NCBI RefSeq assembly: GCF_001194135.2
Contig: NC_068995.1
Coordinates: 55,048,782-55,081,781 of the forward strand
Direction: 5' to 3'
DNA length: 33,000 nucleotides
Origin: Octopus bimaculoides
Taxonomy: Eukaryota
The notes beneath the pieces are model-generated. The model did not search any database. It saw nothing but the letters and a program-made list of their open reading frames with translations, and was not told the origin of the DNA. The translations under genes and the position numbers were made by a program. Shown in pieces: positions 1 to 11,578 of the stretch; the first letter of the stretch is position 1, and every line of letters begins with the position of its first letter.

Positions 1-1372
1 ATTAATTGCTCCTTTCGCTTCACAGATTTACATAGGTCATGGATACTCGTAGAGATAATATGCCATTCGTTGTGCGAGAGAGATATTCTGGTGGATTACA
101 GTTTTCAGATTACAGACCCCGCTTTTGATACGCTGACATCTGTAACGGAGATAAAAAGCACTTCAATGGCAGACAATATTTAGGAGAATCACCAAAGAAT
201 ATGCGCAATATTTTTTTTGATATGATAACCTAGCAGTACTTGTCATCACTCAGCGTTCTGCTTCGTCAAAGTACATAAGGTTGATTTTCCTGATAAAAAG
301 AAATATAGGAAAGTCTAAGATATAGTATCAACGAAAATAGAAGAACCTTGAAGTTGCTTTCAATCTCTGCTGTATATGGCTTTGTTACAAAGGTGCTGTA
401 ACATACGTGGACAGCCTCTTTACTGAATCTCATTTCTGGAGGCCAAGCATTGTACGTGAATGCATATTTGTGGGTATCTCTGCACACACGCATGCACACA
501 CACATGCACAAACACGCGCGCTCACTTTCACACACACGGACACAGACGATTTTACATATACATACATACTGAAAGAGAGGGAAGAGACAAATAGATTCAA
601 TTAAATAGATGGCTAGATACATGCAGACGCACATACGCTCACACGCATACATAGACACAGACTAGTGTGTCTGTGTGTGTGTGTTTGTATAGATATAACA
701 GAAGAGACACGTAGTCAGATAGAGACAAAGACTCAGAGAGTGAATGGGAAGAGCAGGGATGTTCTCCAAAGTGAAAACACCGCAGAAATTATTTACAACA
801 TAAAACCATAATATAGGGTATAATTTTAAGATAATCTATTTTGTGAAGTCTTGGCAAGGCTAGAGTCTGATGTGGATATTGATTGAGGAGTAAATATCAA
901 TAGACGTGATTACGTTTAGATTTTCTTTTACTTTTAGCTGAGAATTTCGTGAATTCCTTGGCAGGAATTTGATACTACAAATAATATCGCCGAGACAATT
1001 ATCAAGGGAAAAAAGTAGGTGCTACCATTTATTTACCCAAAATATCTGAGATTATCGTTGGTTACGCTGAAAACCTTCGTTTGATTCTAGAATTTCTAAT
1101 TTCATTCCGGTTGATATAAATGAGATATTAATGCAACAAAGGATATTGATATGCTTGGAAAAATTGCAGCTGATAAAATTTAGCAAACAATACAAAATTA
1201 GATCAGAAGAAAGTTTAGTGTATAATTTCAGTACTCTTTATCAGTTATGATATATGGTATCGGTGACGTGGAAGATGATAATAGTAATCATTCTATTAGA
1301 TGGTGTTGGTGATGTTATTACCATATTAGTGGCGATGGCGATCGTAGCGCTGGTGATGATGATAATGATGTT

Positions 1373-1472
1373 GAGAGGGAGAGGGATTTAAAGGTAGAGT
1401 TGGAGGTGGAGGTGAAGGGGGAGATAGAGGGGGAGTGAAGGGGAATCAGAAGGTGGAGGGGAAGAAGGATGA
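1373..1472 (+). repeat. G/A-rich low-complexity purine tract
   Basis: Runs such as gagggagaggg, gaagggggagatagagggggagtgaaggggaatc; its antisense gives the Pro/Ser/Leu-rich ORF 1388-1576. Confidence 0.8.
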
Positions 1473-1574
1473 GGAATCGTACCGGTGAATTGACTGTGGT
1501 GCTGGCAATACTGGCTGGTCGCAGTATTCGTGCGTGTGGTTAGTGATGGAAAACTCATTGGTGCCGATGACCAC

Positions 1575-1633
<59 letters not shown>
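1575..1633 (+). repeat. (AAT)n microsatellite
   Basis: Uninterrupted AAT repeats read directly. Confidence 0.97.
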
Positions 1634-1635
<2 letters not shown>

Positions 1636-2057
1636 TGAAGTGAGAAAAATCATAATAATAGAAATGATAATAATGGCAGTATTAATAATATCAATAATAA
1701 TTGTCATTTTTTATGATATATGTGGAGGAAAGTTTTGTGTACAATCATACACGAACATTGAAATCTAATATTTGTGCAATAATGTCGTTGCTTTTTTTCT
1801 TTTGTCACCAATGTTGTTGTCGATTTTCTATTATTCTTAATATATATTTATTGTATTTCCCCGTGATAGTGTTGGAATTGAGACAAGAAACAAAAAATAC
1901 AATCTTGCAAAAATATTCGTTGCTTAAAACCGCAATCAATATGAGCTTCGTTTTATGGTTAACGAAAGCTAAACAAATAACAAAAGAAAAAACATTTTTC
2001 TCTTTAATACATACACAGCTATACAATATACATGTATATGTAAATGTATACATAAGA

Positions 2058-2063
<6 letters not shown>

Positions 2064-2134
<71 letters not shown>

Positions 2135-2203
2135 CATATGTATCTATATTTATACATACATGTACATTCACATGTATATATGTATATACGTATGTATATA
2201 TAT

Positions 2204-2257
<54 letters not shown>
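2064..2257. repeat. Compound (TA)n / (TG)n microsatellite
   Basis: (TA)n 2064-2116, degenerate alternating purine-pyrimidine middle, (TG)n 2224-2257; explains the [12 protein letters not shown] ORFs at 1701-2384. Confidence 0.95.
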
Positions 2258-2262
<5 letters not shown>

Positions 2263-2878
2263 ATTTATATGTCCGTATGTATATATGCATGTATATACGA
2301 AAGTATTCACACAGACACACAGACACACACGTTAAAGCAATCATATACATATATAGTTTGAAGCGTGGAGCGTTGATAGATTAAATGTGTCGATGACTGG
2401 TTTTTCATCAACTGTCTCGTTCCTTTTTCACTTTTGTCTTCGCTAATGGGAAAACACATCAAACTATTTAATACTTTCCAACGTGAGAGAGTTGTTATCG
2501 TCTTCATTAAGCCCCAGGTCACCAATTATCGGGCAAATCTTAGATCAAAGGTGTATTCAGACATTTTTATATCTGTCTGTACTTTCCAATATATCATAAA
2601 GTTTTAATAAGAATTGAGGGAACATTAGCTGCTTTTCCTAATATATCCACTATTCAAACAAATAGTCACTCGTTCGTGTAGCGTGGATTAGTTTTGGTCG
2701 CTGGTAGTTCAAACCAGATGTGTTGTTATTTAGAAAACCTATAAGAAAGTTCGTTCCAGTCACGACACCCCCACCAATGTTCTGAGGAAGTGTATCATCG
2801 ACTTCATTCGGCGATTATCTAATATTTTATAGCTTGTATTTTAAGGATGACACCGTGGTTTATAGTGCATGTATGTGG

Positions 2879-3222
2879 CTCATCGAACTCAACTGGACAG
2901 CCAGAACGTGGTGCGTCTTTAATGTCAAAATTTCCATTTTTTAAATTGGCATACTAATCACGAGCAGTTTTTTCACCTATGGCACCCTCTCCATACACAG
3001 CACAAATGTTGCGAGCAGCTTTTGCGACCGTAGAACCTTGATTGAAAGCAAAAAGAAGGAGGTGTCGAAATTGCTCGTTTTTCTTAACTTGACATTCCAT
3101 TTTAATGATCTGAAAATAAACAAAAAATAACTAAAATTAACTAAAAGAAAAAAGAGGAAAACCGTAATAATAAAATGGCTCCGAATCAATGGTACACCAA
3201 AATTCCTGACGACATCCACACA
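2879..3222 (-). mobile_element. Mariner (Tc1/mariner) transposon 5' fragment encoding a decayed transposase N-terminal HTH region
   Basis: From the ATG at 3100 the minus strand reads MECQVKKNEQFRHLLLFAFNQGSTVAKAARNICAVYGEGAIGEKTARD*YANLKNGNFDIKDAPRSGCPVEFDE. This matches the mariner pattern (AxxxICxVYGxxA, W..F..G.FDL.D.PRSGRP). One in-frame TAG (2954-2956) sits at the usual Trp; homology ends near 2879, before the DD34D domain. Confidence 0.92.
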
Positions 3223-4440
3223 CGAATATGAAAAGCTGTAAAGAGCTCATACTGATATTTATATGTTCTCTGGTTCAAAGTCTTCCCTTTTGTATGACTC
3301 TGGCCTCAGTATGTTCATGAACAAGTTCTAGACATAGAGTATACCAGGCCGTCCGTCATAAGTCGCTGTACACGCACTAGCACACACACAAAAGCACACA
3401 CACACACGAACACAGGTATGTCTACTCATGTATGGATACATGCATAGACGGAGACGCAATCAGAGACGTATATGTAGATACAGTCACAGTCCTAACGTTG
3501 CATCTACGTGCTTATCTACATAAACGCTGACTCAGACACACAGCCATATAGAGGGGCAAATTCACGTGTATAAACAATTGCAGTATTCGGATATAACACA
3601 TTGTTCATAATTTAATTAGTGCAATAATTATAGTGTTTAATTCAACTGTATCAAGCTGACAAAACACCGAAGTTTATCGTATCTCATTAGTGTTAAATTT
3701 GTCGCCTGTGTAATTGTGGAAAGTGCGATAACTCCTGTGTGCAAAACATCCCTAATTCATTTAGTTCATCGAGTAATTGATTACTGTTATCTAAGGAAAA
3801 TTCCAAGCTATTTTTGATGTGGACATGCAAAGCCGTACTTTTTTCACCCAGTAGGTAGTAGAGACCATTCGAAACAATAGGTAATTTTACTATCATATAC
3901 AGGATGGATATACGTATTTCAGGAGCGAAGTCTTCAAAATAATAATTTGTGTTCTAGAAAACACGTCAATTCATAGCGATAATCACTTTTACGTGATTCG
4001 TTGTCGACCCTTTTTGCCTGCACTATGCATTTATACACTGCTTTGGTTTGTACGCAGTGCTCATCCCGAGATAATTCTGCAGGGTTTCTACAGTTTATAT
4101 CTCGATGCTGAGATTCCGCTGGCACAGCAAGTTCGGTAGAAGAATATCATGGTTGAAGGCTCCAGAACTACTCGCGATGGTGGTGTTCCTCATAATTCTA
4201 CTACCTTTCTAGCAATTTCCAGAATGAGGGTCTTTATAGCAGCATTCATTAGATCTAGCTTTATTGTGGTTCGGAATGGCATTTGTGTGTTTATTGTGGT
4301 AGGAGTTGGCTGGTATTTAAATAGAAGTGTGAAAGTGTACAATTATATTGACATAGATTAGAGATGCACTTTAATTTGATTTTTGTAGAGCTAGTTTTTT
4401 TGTCTTGTTTTTTTTTTTTTCCATATGCATTGTTGTTATT

Positions 4441-4620
4441 AGCCGGTGAAGTGGCAGAACTGCGAAAGCACCGGATACAACGTTTAACATCATTTCTTCC
4501 GGCTCTTCTAAGTTATAAGTTATAATCACGCTGACATCCATTTTGCCTTTTCACCGTTTCGCAATCGGTAAAACATATTACCTATCAAACACTGGTGTGG
4601 ATATAAGGGACTAACCTCCT
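4441..4620 (+). mobile_element. tRNA-derived SINE, family A, copy 1 (most decayed)
   Basis: Begins agccggtgaagtggcagaac and is colinear with copies 2 and 3 (ttttgccttttcaccgtttcgcaatcggtaaaa versus tttgcctttcatcctttcggggtc). Confidence 0.6.
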
Positions 4621-4635
4621 GCGTAAAATTATTTT

Positions 4636-4912
4636 GCTGGCACAATGTTGGCCTGCTGGGTAACATGGTTAGCGGCATTTCGTCCGTCTTTCCGCGCTGA
4701 GTTCAAATTCTGCTGAGGTCGAGTTTCTCTTTTATCCTTTCGGGGTCGATAAAATAAGTTCCAATTGAGTCGATATAATCGATTTACCCCTCCCCCGAAA
4801 ATATTGGTACTGTGCCAAAATTTGAATCCATGATTATTATTATTATTATTATTATTATTATCATCATCATTATTATTATTATTTTTATTATTACTTTTAT
4901 CATCATCATCAT
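4636..4912 (+). mobile_element. tRNA-derived SINE, family A, copy 2 with (ATT/ATC)n tail
   Basis: Box-B-like gagttcaaattc (4699-4710), core gaggtcgagtttctcttttatcctttcggggtcgataaaataag, followed by an ATT/ATC tail; resembles an abundant octopus SINE as recalled. Confidence 0.85.
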
Positions 4913-4913
4913 T

Positions 4914-5130
4914 AAAGCAGTGAGCAGGCAGAATTGTTAGCACGCTTAGCTGTATGTTGTCCGTTGCTACGTTTTGAGTCCAAATTCTTCCGAGGTCGAC
5001 TTTGCCTTTCATCCTTTCGGGGTCATTCAACAAAGTACACGTTGAACAAGTGGGTACATGTAATTGACTGGCTCACTGTTCCAAGATTTCAGGTCTTGTC
5101 CCTGTAGTAGAAAGGATTATTATTATTATC
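4914..5130 (+). mobile_element. tRNA-derived SINE, family A, copy 3 with short (ATT)n tail
   Basis: Head gcagtgagcaggcagaattgttagcac, core gaggtcgactttgcctttcatcctttcggggtc shared with copy 2, 3' end tagtagaaaggattattattattatc. Confidence 0.85.
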
Positions 5131-5424
5131 ATAAATATGTTAGGAAAATCGTGATTTTCTGGGACTTTTTAACTGTTTGCCTCACTGATTCTGCCGGTTC
5201 CTTGCTAGTACATGATTGTATGGATAGTGAAGTTATGAAGCATATAACTGAACTTGTTGTATTTCATCATGATAGAAATGATCGAGATTAGGATATAGTA
5301 AGCATATTGTATTCAAAAATATAGTAGATGCTGAAATTTGTTACATCATCCACCTGATAATAATGAATGCTGATTAATATAGGTATATAACGTTTGTTTA
5401 GACATGAGTAGAAGTCATTTATCT

Positions 5425-5504
5425 CAGGTTCCAACTTGTGGAATTGAAACTAGGACCATGTGTTTAGGGAGTAAACCTCTTACCACGCGGCCACACTTAT
5501 GCCC
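5425..5504 (-). mobile_element. tRNA-derived SINE head, family B
   Basis: Reverse complement gggcataagtgtggccgcgtggtaagaggtttactccctaaacacatggtcctagtttcaattccac has box-A- and box-B-like motifs and is similar to the plus copy at 29410. Confidence 0.7.
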
Positions 5505-5793
5505 ATAACTGATAGATATTTATATGATGTACAATACATAATTTAACGTTCTACAAAAATCCATATAATTTCTTTATATCGCATGCAAAGACAAACTTAG
5601 TTTAAGCCATTCAGTATCTTTTAATATCAGTAAATCTTTATTAATTTCTTCGAGGCAATGCGATTGTTAAACTACATATTCGTGCATTACATATTTAATG
5701 TAAATGTAATATTTCATAAACTATAATCCATTGAGTGATTGTTTCACACACATGTATACTCACACAATACACACAAACACACTCGCACATACA

Positions 5794-5896
<103 letters not shown>

Positions 5897-6909
5897 TCTC
5901 TGTGTATGTATGTGTTTGAAATTGATGCAGGTCAATATTAAATGCAGCTTACATGCTAGCATTCCAATATAGTAACTTGTAATTTGGATGAACTCTATTC
6001 TAGACTTTCCTGCTGATAACTTCTAATTAATTTTCAACATTATCAGTTATGCCGATAATTTATAAAGTTAACGTCCGGTTATCTAAAATGCCGAAAGCGA
6101 TCAATCATCTAACAATTGCCACAGGCGCAATAAATACCGAACAAATTAAATACATAATAGGCAACACAATAAAACGTCTAAGAATCTAATGCATTACAAA
6201 TCACCCCAGAGTTGTAAGTGAGATATCGCTAGTCATGATATAATCTCAACATATAAATGTTTATTTAAAGTTTTCGTGCAAGTCAGAACAATGACATTAA
6301 TCATGTCTTGCAGTCAATGCTACAAACTGCAAGAAAGGAAAGTTTCTGATGAATACTATAGAATACATTTCAGAAAACGGAATGAAATTTCGCAGGAAAA
6401 TGTTTAAATTGGTAATAGTGTATCCAATAACGATATAAATGCAGGAATTTCTAAAGACATATGAATGAGAAATCTTTATGATAAATAGTCCGTTTTCATG
6501 ATATACCCTAAACTATATTTGAAACATCCGAAACGGTATCTTTCTTTTCTGGCAAATGCACCGGCTTACTCTTTATTTTAGCTATTATGTCTGTATCTTT
6601 ACAAACACACATTTTCTCTCTCGCTGAATATATGCTTATATGTGCTTGTCTGCATAAATACGTACATACATACATACAGCTGATTCGAAAACTGCAGGTC
6701 CAATCCATCACTGGAATTGTAAAATCTGTAAAACGTCTCAGAAGTTTAGCATTTAAGTATATATGAACATGTCTACATATGCAAGCATGAGATTACACAC
6801 ATAACAAAAAACAAATCTGCACATGTATATACGTACTTCTAACTGGGATCTCAGTTGGAAATTAGCTCTTTCTCCATTGGCTAGAATTCATGAAATACAA
6901 ATCAATAAT

Positions 6910-6917
6910 CACGCACG

Positions 6918-6972
<55 letters not shown>

Positions 6973-6992
6973 ACACACACATATATATATAT
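6910..6992. repeat. (CACG)n-(CA)n-(TA)n microsatellite
   Basis: Read directly. Confidence 0.95.
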
Positions 6993-7253
6993 ATTGATAG
7001 GAAGGACAACAAAAGAAAGATAGAGACCTCGATATCATTTAAATAGAAGAATTTATCTGTAAAAATATGTGACACTTATTCGGTATCTATGATAAAACTT
7101 CGAGTTTCAGATGCCGAGGCGGAAACCCACGCCACTATCTCTTCAGTTATCTGGCCATTGAAAATTCCTATGAAAATGACCGTCAAACAAAGGGAAATTA
7201 CTGCGTGGTCGACCGTTATTAAGAGGGTGGATCAGTACGTACTTATAGGCGCC

Positions 7254-7352
7254 NNNNNNNNNNNNNNNNNNNNNNNNNNNNNNNNNNNNNNNNNNNNNNN
7301 NNNNNNNNNNNNNNNNNNNNNNNNNNNNNNNNNNNNNNNNNNNNNNNNNNNN
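7254..7352. other. Assembly gap (N run)
   Basis: Run of N, followed by a short TA repeat. Confidence 0.99.
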
Positions 7353-7691
7353 TATATATACTGATTCTGAATAAAGCGTTAGTAGTGTGCTTGAAAAACA
7401 TAATGCTGAAGATATATGTAGGGACAAACTGCGCATAGAAATTTTTAAAAGGTTGATTTCGTGCAATCATATTTAGTGCCATGAACTTGAAATTGCTAAT
7501 TACAATTATAAATGTACACTAAATACATTGCCATTATACTCAACAACCAAGTCTGCTCAAGGAAGGTAGGTGAGACAATTCTAAAATTTTAATTGAAGAT
7601 ATATATATACAGTCCTACATGGAGTATGTTTTATCAACTGACTCAGATGAGGCTGATTTTCCATAATATGAAGAGACAGTTTTCTTGTATG

Positions 7692-7695
<4 letters not shown>

Positions 7696-7730
<35 letters not shown>
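7696..7730. repeat. (TA)n microsatellite
   Basis: Read directly. Confidence 0.95.
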
Positions 7731-7734
<4 letters not shown>

Positions 7735-9309
7735 CGTGGTTGGCAATATGAAGATACTATAAATTTGTTAAGGGACGACACGCTTACGAAATTGAAAGTG
7801 TCTTGAGCTGAAGCGTATCTCGCGTGTGTCACTCTATTATGCGACCGAAATCGCATTGAAATGGCAAAATTAGTCAAAAATATGGGACTGAATTTCGGTT
7901 AGAACATCATTAATGATAGCATATATTGAACAAAATCTAATACCTACTCTTTAAAGCAGTTGTTTAAATCCGTAGTGTCAGAATTTTATATTGATATAGA
8001 AAACAATATATGAACGTGATTGTCTTTCTTCATTTAATAAGGTGAACTGACACAAATAGACTATAAATATAAAGTGAACTATATTAGTTTTTCGACCTGA
8101 TTCGGAATATATGTCCAAAGAGATGCATTTTTTTCATGAAACAATATCATTTCTGATTCCCCAAATGAATACAGATGTATCAAACGTATGCAGGGAATTA
8201 CATTGAGATACTACTATATTTCAATACTGAAATATATAATTATTAATCTGTCGGAAATGTCAGAAATGGAATAATATATAGTAGTGGAAATTGCTCCTAA
8301 TTGTGCATTACTATGGCTGTATTCACGATGTAACTCGGTAGTTGAGGCTTGGTATTCATTTTACTTGAATTTCCCAGTAAATACAAGTGCATAAATAGGG
8401 TTGATTGCGAGTAGAACAAATCAATAAAATGTTGATTTTAATATAATGTCCATATAATTATAATTCATGTTTCATTACTCAAATCGGTTGCTCGAAATAA
8501 CAAATTTAATATATATTTCAAATGTTTATTTATGCTAATAATAATCGGTTATATATCATACGCATCCGTGACTTGGAATACGCATAAAAATCATTGATAT
8601 TTCAAAATTATACATCACAAAATTATAAATCACGAACTTATGAAAACATTGGCTGAAATGATAGCATTTGATAATATAGAACATCATATGAATTCCCTAG
8701 TTTCCAACTTGTTCTGAGTATTTGAAACTTTATTTACAGTGTTAATTTTCTTTCAATTTGGCAATAAACACGCATGGACAAAAACATCAGAAACTGTTTT
8801 CATTTCCTCATATTCGTTACTATTTAAACTTAAACTCTTAGTGTTTCCGGGTAAATTAATGCTCCAAAACATAAGAACAATTTAAACGTGCTGATATCTG
8901 CTTTTCAGCTTTGATTTTGATCAAATAATGTGCGTCAACATTTAAACAACCATTTCCTGTCATTCCTTTAAACCGTCCTCCCAATATTGTTGGGTTTAAT
9001 GTAGAGAATACACCATTGCTTATTCTATTAAAAGTAGTTGGAGAACAATGTATTTGATTAAAAGACAAGTTTTGTAATGTTTCAACTAACTTTTACGTTA
9101 ATCCATTTGGTGTTCATTGCTTGTGCCTCGTTGAAGTTGATCTGTCATTCAGGTTCTTTAAATGTTCAAAAGTTCATCAAATTCTATTTTTACAAAGAGT
9201 TCATTGGATCTACATACGATATTCCGGTGTCTTATTTTACAATAACTTACCTTCCTTTGCCTATTTCAGTACGCATAACGGAGGGTTTAAGAAGACGGCG
9301 CATACACTA

Positions 9310-9313
<4 letters not shown>

Positions 9314-9385
<72 letters not shown>

Positions 9386-9416
9386 TCTCTCTCTCTTTCT
9401 CACTCTCTTTCTCTCT
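9314..9416 (+). repeat. (CT)n microsatellite
   Basis: Read directly; gives the LSLSLS runs in ORFs 9077-9508 and 9121-9432. Confidence 0.97.
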
Positions 9417-9870
9417 ATCCATCTTTTTCTAGCGCTCACTATGTTTTCACATTCAGCCAGGCATCTTCGGTTCTATTCATTTATATCTTCCAACCCGTCT
9501 CTAGTTAGTCTCCCCTTTTCTCGTCTCCCCGTTTCTCCTCCCATTAGGATCTTTGTGTGTGTATAGTATCTGGGTGCTGTTAACATTCCCGAAATATTGC
9601 AGCTTTCTCTTCCTGACAGATACCAATAATTCTCTTTCGGAGCCCAGTTCCTCAGATACTGACTCGTTCGTTCAGAGATCACTCCAGCAGATCCCAACTG
9701 CTCTTCGGTATCACGCCGTGTCAAAATCTTTGAGTTTGGCGGTCAGTTTGCACAAGAAGCTTTCTCCTGCAATATTGTATTTAGAGGTTATAAGGCTAAT
9801 CATGATTACCTTGGCGGCCTGTTCAAATGTAATGCCTTCGAATATATTGGAAGTTGGGTTGCTCTGAAAT
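9415..9870 (-). mobile_element. RTE-clade LINE, 5'-truncated decayed 3' end (C-terminal ORF region)
   Basis: Minus frame reads ...TFEQAAKVIMISLITSKYNIAGESFLCKLTAKLKDFDTA*YRRAVGICWSDL*TNESVSEELGSERELLVSVRKRKLQYFGNV, then after a frameshift TKILMGGETGRREKGRLTRDGLEDINE*NRRCLAECENIVSARKRW. This matches the RTE C-terminal pattern (YRR.L.I.W.D..TNE.V ... RKL.YFGH ... G...G.R..GR...W.DDI). Confidence 0.9.
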
Positions 9871-9967
9871 GTCTGTCGCTGCTTTCTTTTCTAATGATAT
9901 ATAGCCTCCATTAATCAATGAAACTTTTTGGGAAACAGCCGTGGGGAATTGATATATACATACATAT

Positions 9968-9969
<2 letters not shown>

Positions 9970-10006
<37 letters not shown>

Positions 10007-10046
10007 TGTGTGTGTGTGTATGTGCGTGTGTGTGTATGTGTGTGTG
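9970..10046 (+). repeat. (TG)n microsatellite, interrupted
   Basis: Read directly. Confidence 0.95.
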
Positions 10047-11461
10047 TTCACTAAGCGTAATAAGTAAGACTTGAAAAGTGTACTGTAATGGTTTAACATA
10101 CGATACATGATGTCAACTCTACTCTGAAATGTGAACAATCTGGTTACATTATAATATAAAATCAGTATGTGAGAAAAACTTTAGAATTTCCCTGCCCAGA
10201 CACCAATGTTGATGTAATTCATGAGGTTCAGAAAATTTGCCCGATCACTAGGCGGTCACATACGGTATTTTGGAACATTTGAAATGTAAGTAATATTTGT
10301 TAATTGAATCATATCATTTTCGTCTGCGTGTGTAAAACAACAACGCTAAATTCGTTTGTTAATTAAACAGGTATATTTTCGATTTGAATATATAGCTGAA
10401 CAATGATAAATATTCTGGGAATAGTTCAATTAATTTGCCTTTAATCTTTTTTGTGGTATCATTATAATAATATACCTGTCAAATATTTGTGGCGATTCCG
10501 TCGAGTATATTCTCTAGCAACCATAAAAAAGATATATAATATGATACTTGTATGAGAAATCAATATTGTTTTATATATAAACTGATACTTGTTTCATTTA
10601 AGGATTTTTCTTTTGATAAATCAATCAAGCTCTAATCGATCCCTCGTGATGTGTATATAAATAGCGTATTTCTGTGAGTTATTTCTCATCGGCATTTATA
10701 TTAGTAACAGCTATTTCTTTCAGTCTGAGTAATATAATTAATATATTGTTGGGGTAATATTGATGAAAGAAAGTAACGTTGACTTTGAAAATGGGAAACA
10801 GCATTTAGCAAGGCTCCCTCTCAAGTTTGTGATGTATGAACAGGGTAAAATTAATGAATAAATAACTCTGGCAAGTCGTAAACAAATCGGCTAATCGGAT
10901 TTAGAGTAATTCGACTTGAAATTGACATGTGATCATTTGTGTTCTCTGAAAATAGCATCCTGAATAAGACCTTGATAATTGTGAAAGTAACAATAGAAAT
11001 AAATCAGCTGGTATTGCACAAAAATCTTGTCTAATGTTATATTTCAGCTCCAAGTTAAAAGACGTATACGCACATACATACAAACGCTACATACAAACAA
11101 GCATACACCATTATGTAACAAAAGTGGATTGGTAGAAACGTCTGTCAAAAAAAAATATCTTCCGCATTTCATTCCCAGTAGAAGATTATGAATAGAGTGG
11201 TGTAGTAAATACTTCGAATGTATATGTGTCCGTATATATGTTTCTGAATTTTCTTCTCCGCGATAAAATATTAATAAGCCCATTCATTCAAAATTGTTAA
11301 GCAAGTATCAAACAGAATTAGACATCGCACAAAAAATATTCCAAGAATACTTTACAAATGGCGAAAAAATTTAAGGAATGTGTTGCGTTACATGCATATC
11401 TTATAATAATTGTGCTTGTCATTCTGTAACTTTGCGCGTCCCTAACGGTTCCATGTAATCA

Positions 11462-11578
11462 GGTGAAGGGAAGGGGAAGGGAAGGAGATGAGGGGGATAA
11501 GGGGATAAGGGGAAGAGGAAAAGGGGGGGGTCTAGAGAAAAGGGAAGATGTGTGAGATGGGGAAAGGGGCGGGGTAGT
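11462..11578 (+). repeat. G-rich purine tract with many G3+ runs
   Basis: gggaaggggaaggg...gggggataaggggataagggggaag...gggggggg...ggggaaaggggcgggg. Confidence 0.85.

Noticed and set aside
1-260. Protein-like frames on both strands with acceptor-like sites
   Set aside because: Every frame hits stops before a good donor and the context is cut by the window edge.
1701-2384. 227-aa ORF, the longest in the track, and overlapping ORFs
   Set aside because: Held open by (TA)n/(TG)n repeats ([12 protein letters not shown]); no coding signature.
2665-2720. tRNA-like box A/box B motifs (tagcgtgg...ggtagttcaaacc)
   Set aside because: No cloverleaf can be built; at most a very decayed SINE head, too weak to call.
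2755-2768. ccagtcacgac matching part of the M13 forward primer
   Set aside because: Only about 11 nt match with no other vector sequence; expected by chance.
8350-8430. FVLLAINPIYALVFTGKFK on the minus strand, like GPCR TM7 NPxxY
   Set aside because: Motif spacing is wrong (NPxY), the frame is very short and no other helices are adjacent.
9077-9508. 143-aa ORF with a signal-peptide-like start (MFQLTFTLIHLVFIACAS)
   Set aside because: Length comes from the (CT)n repeat, hydrophobicity from T-richness, and the 3' part is antisense RTE; no good donor supports a first exon.
9553-9913. Plus-strand open frames, one ending in a GPI-signal-like hydrophobic tail
   Set aside because: They are antisense shadows of the RTE LINE ORF on the minus strand.
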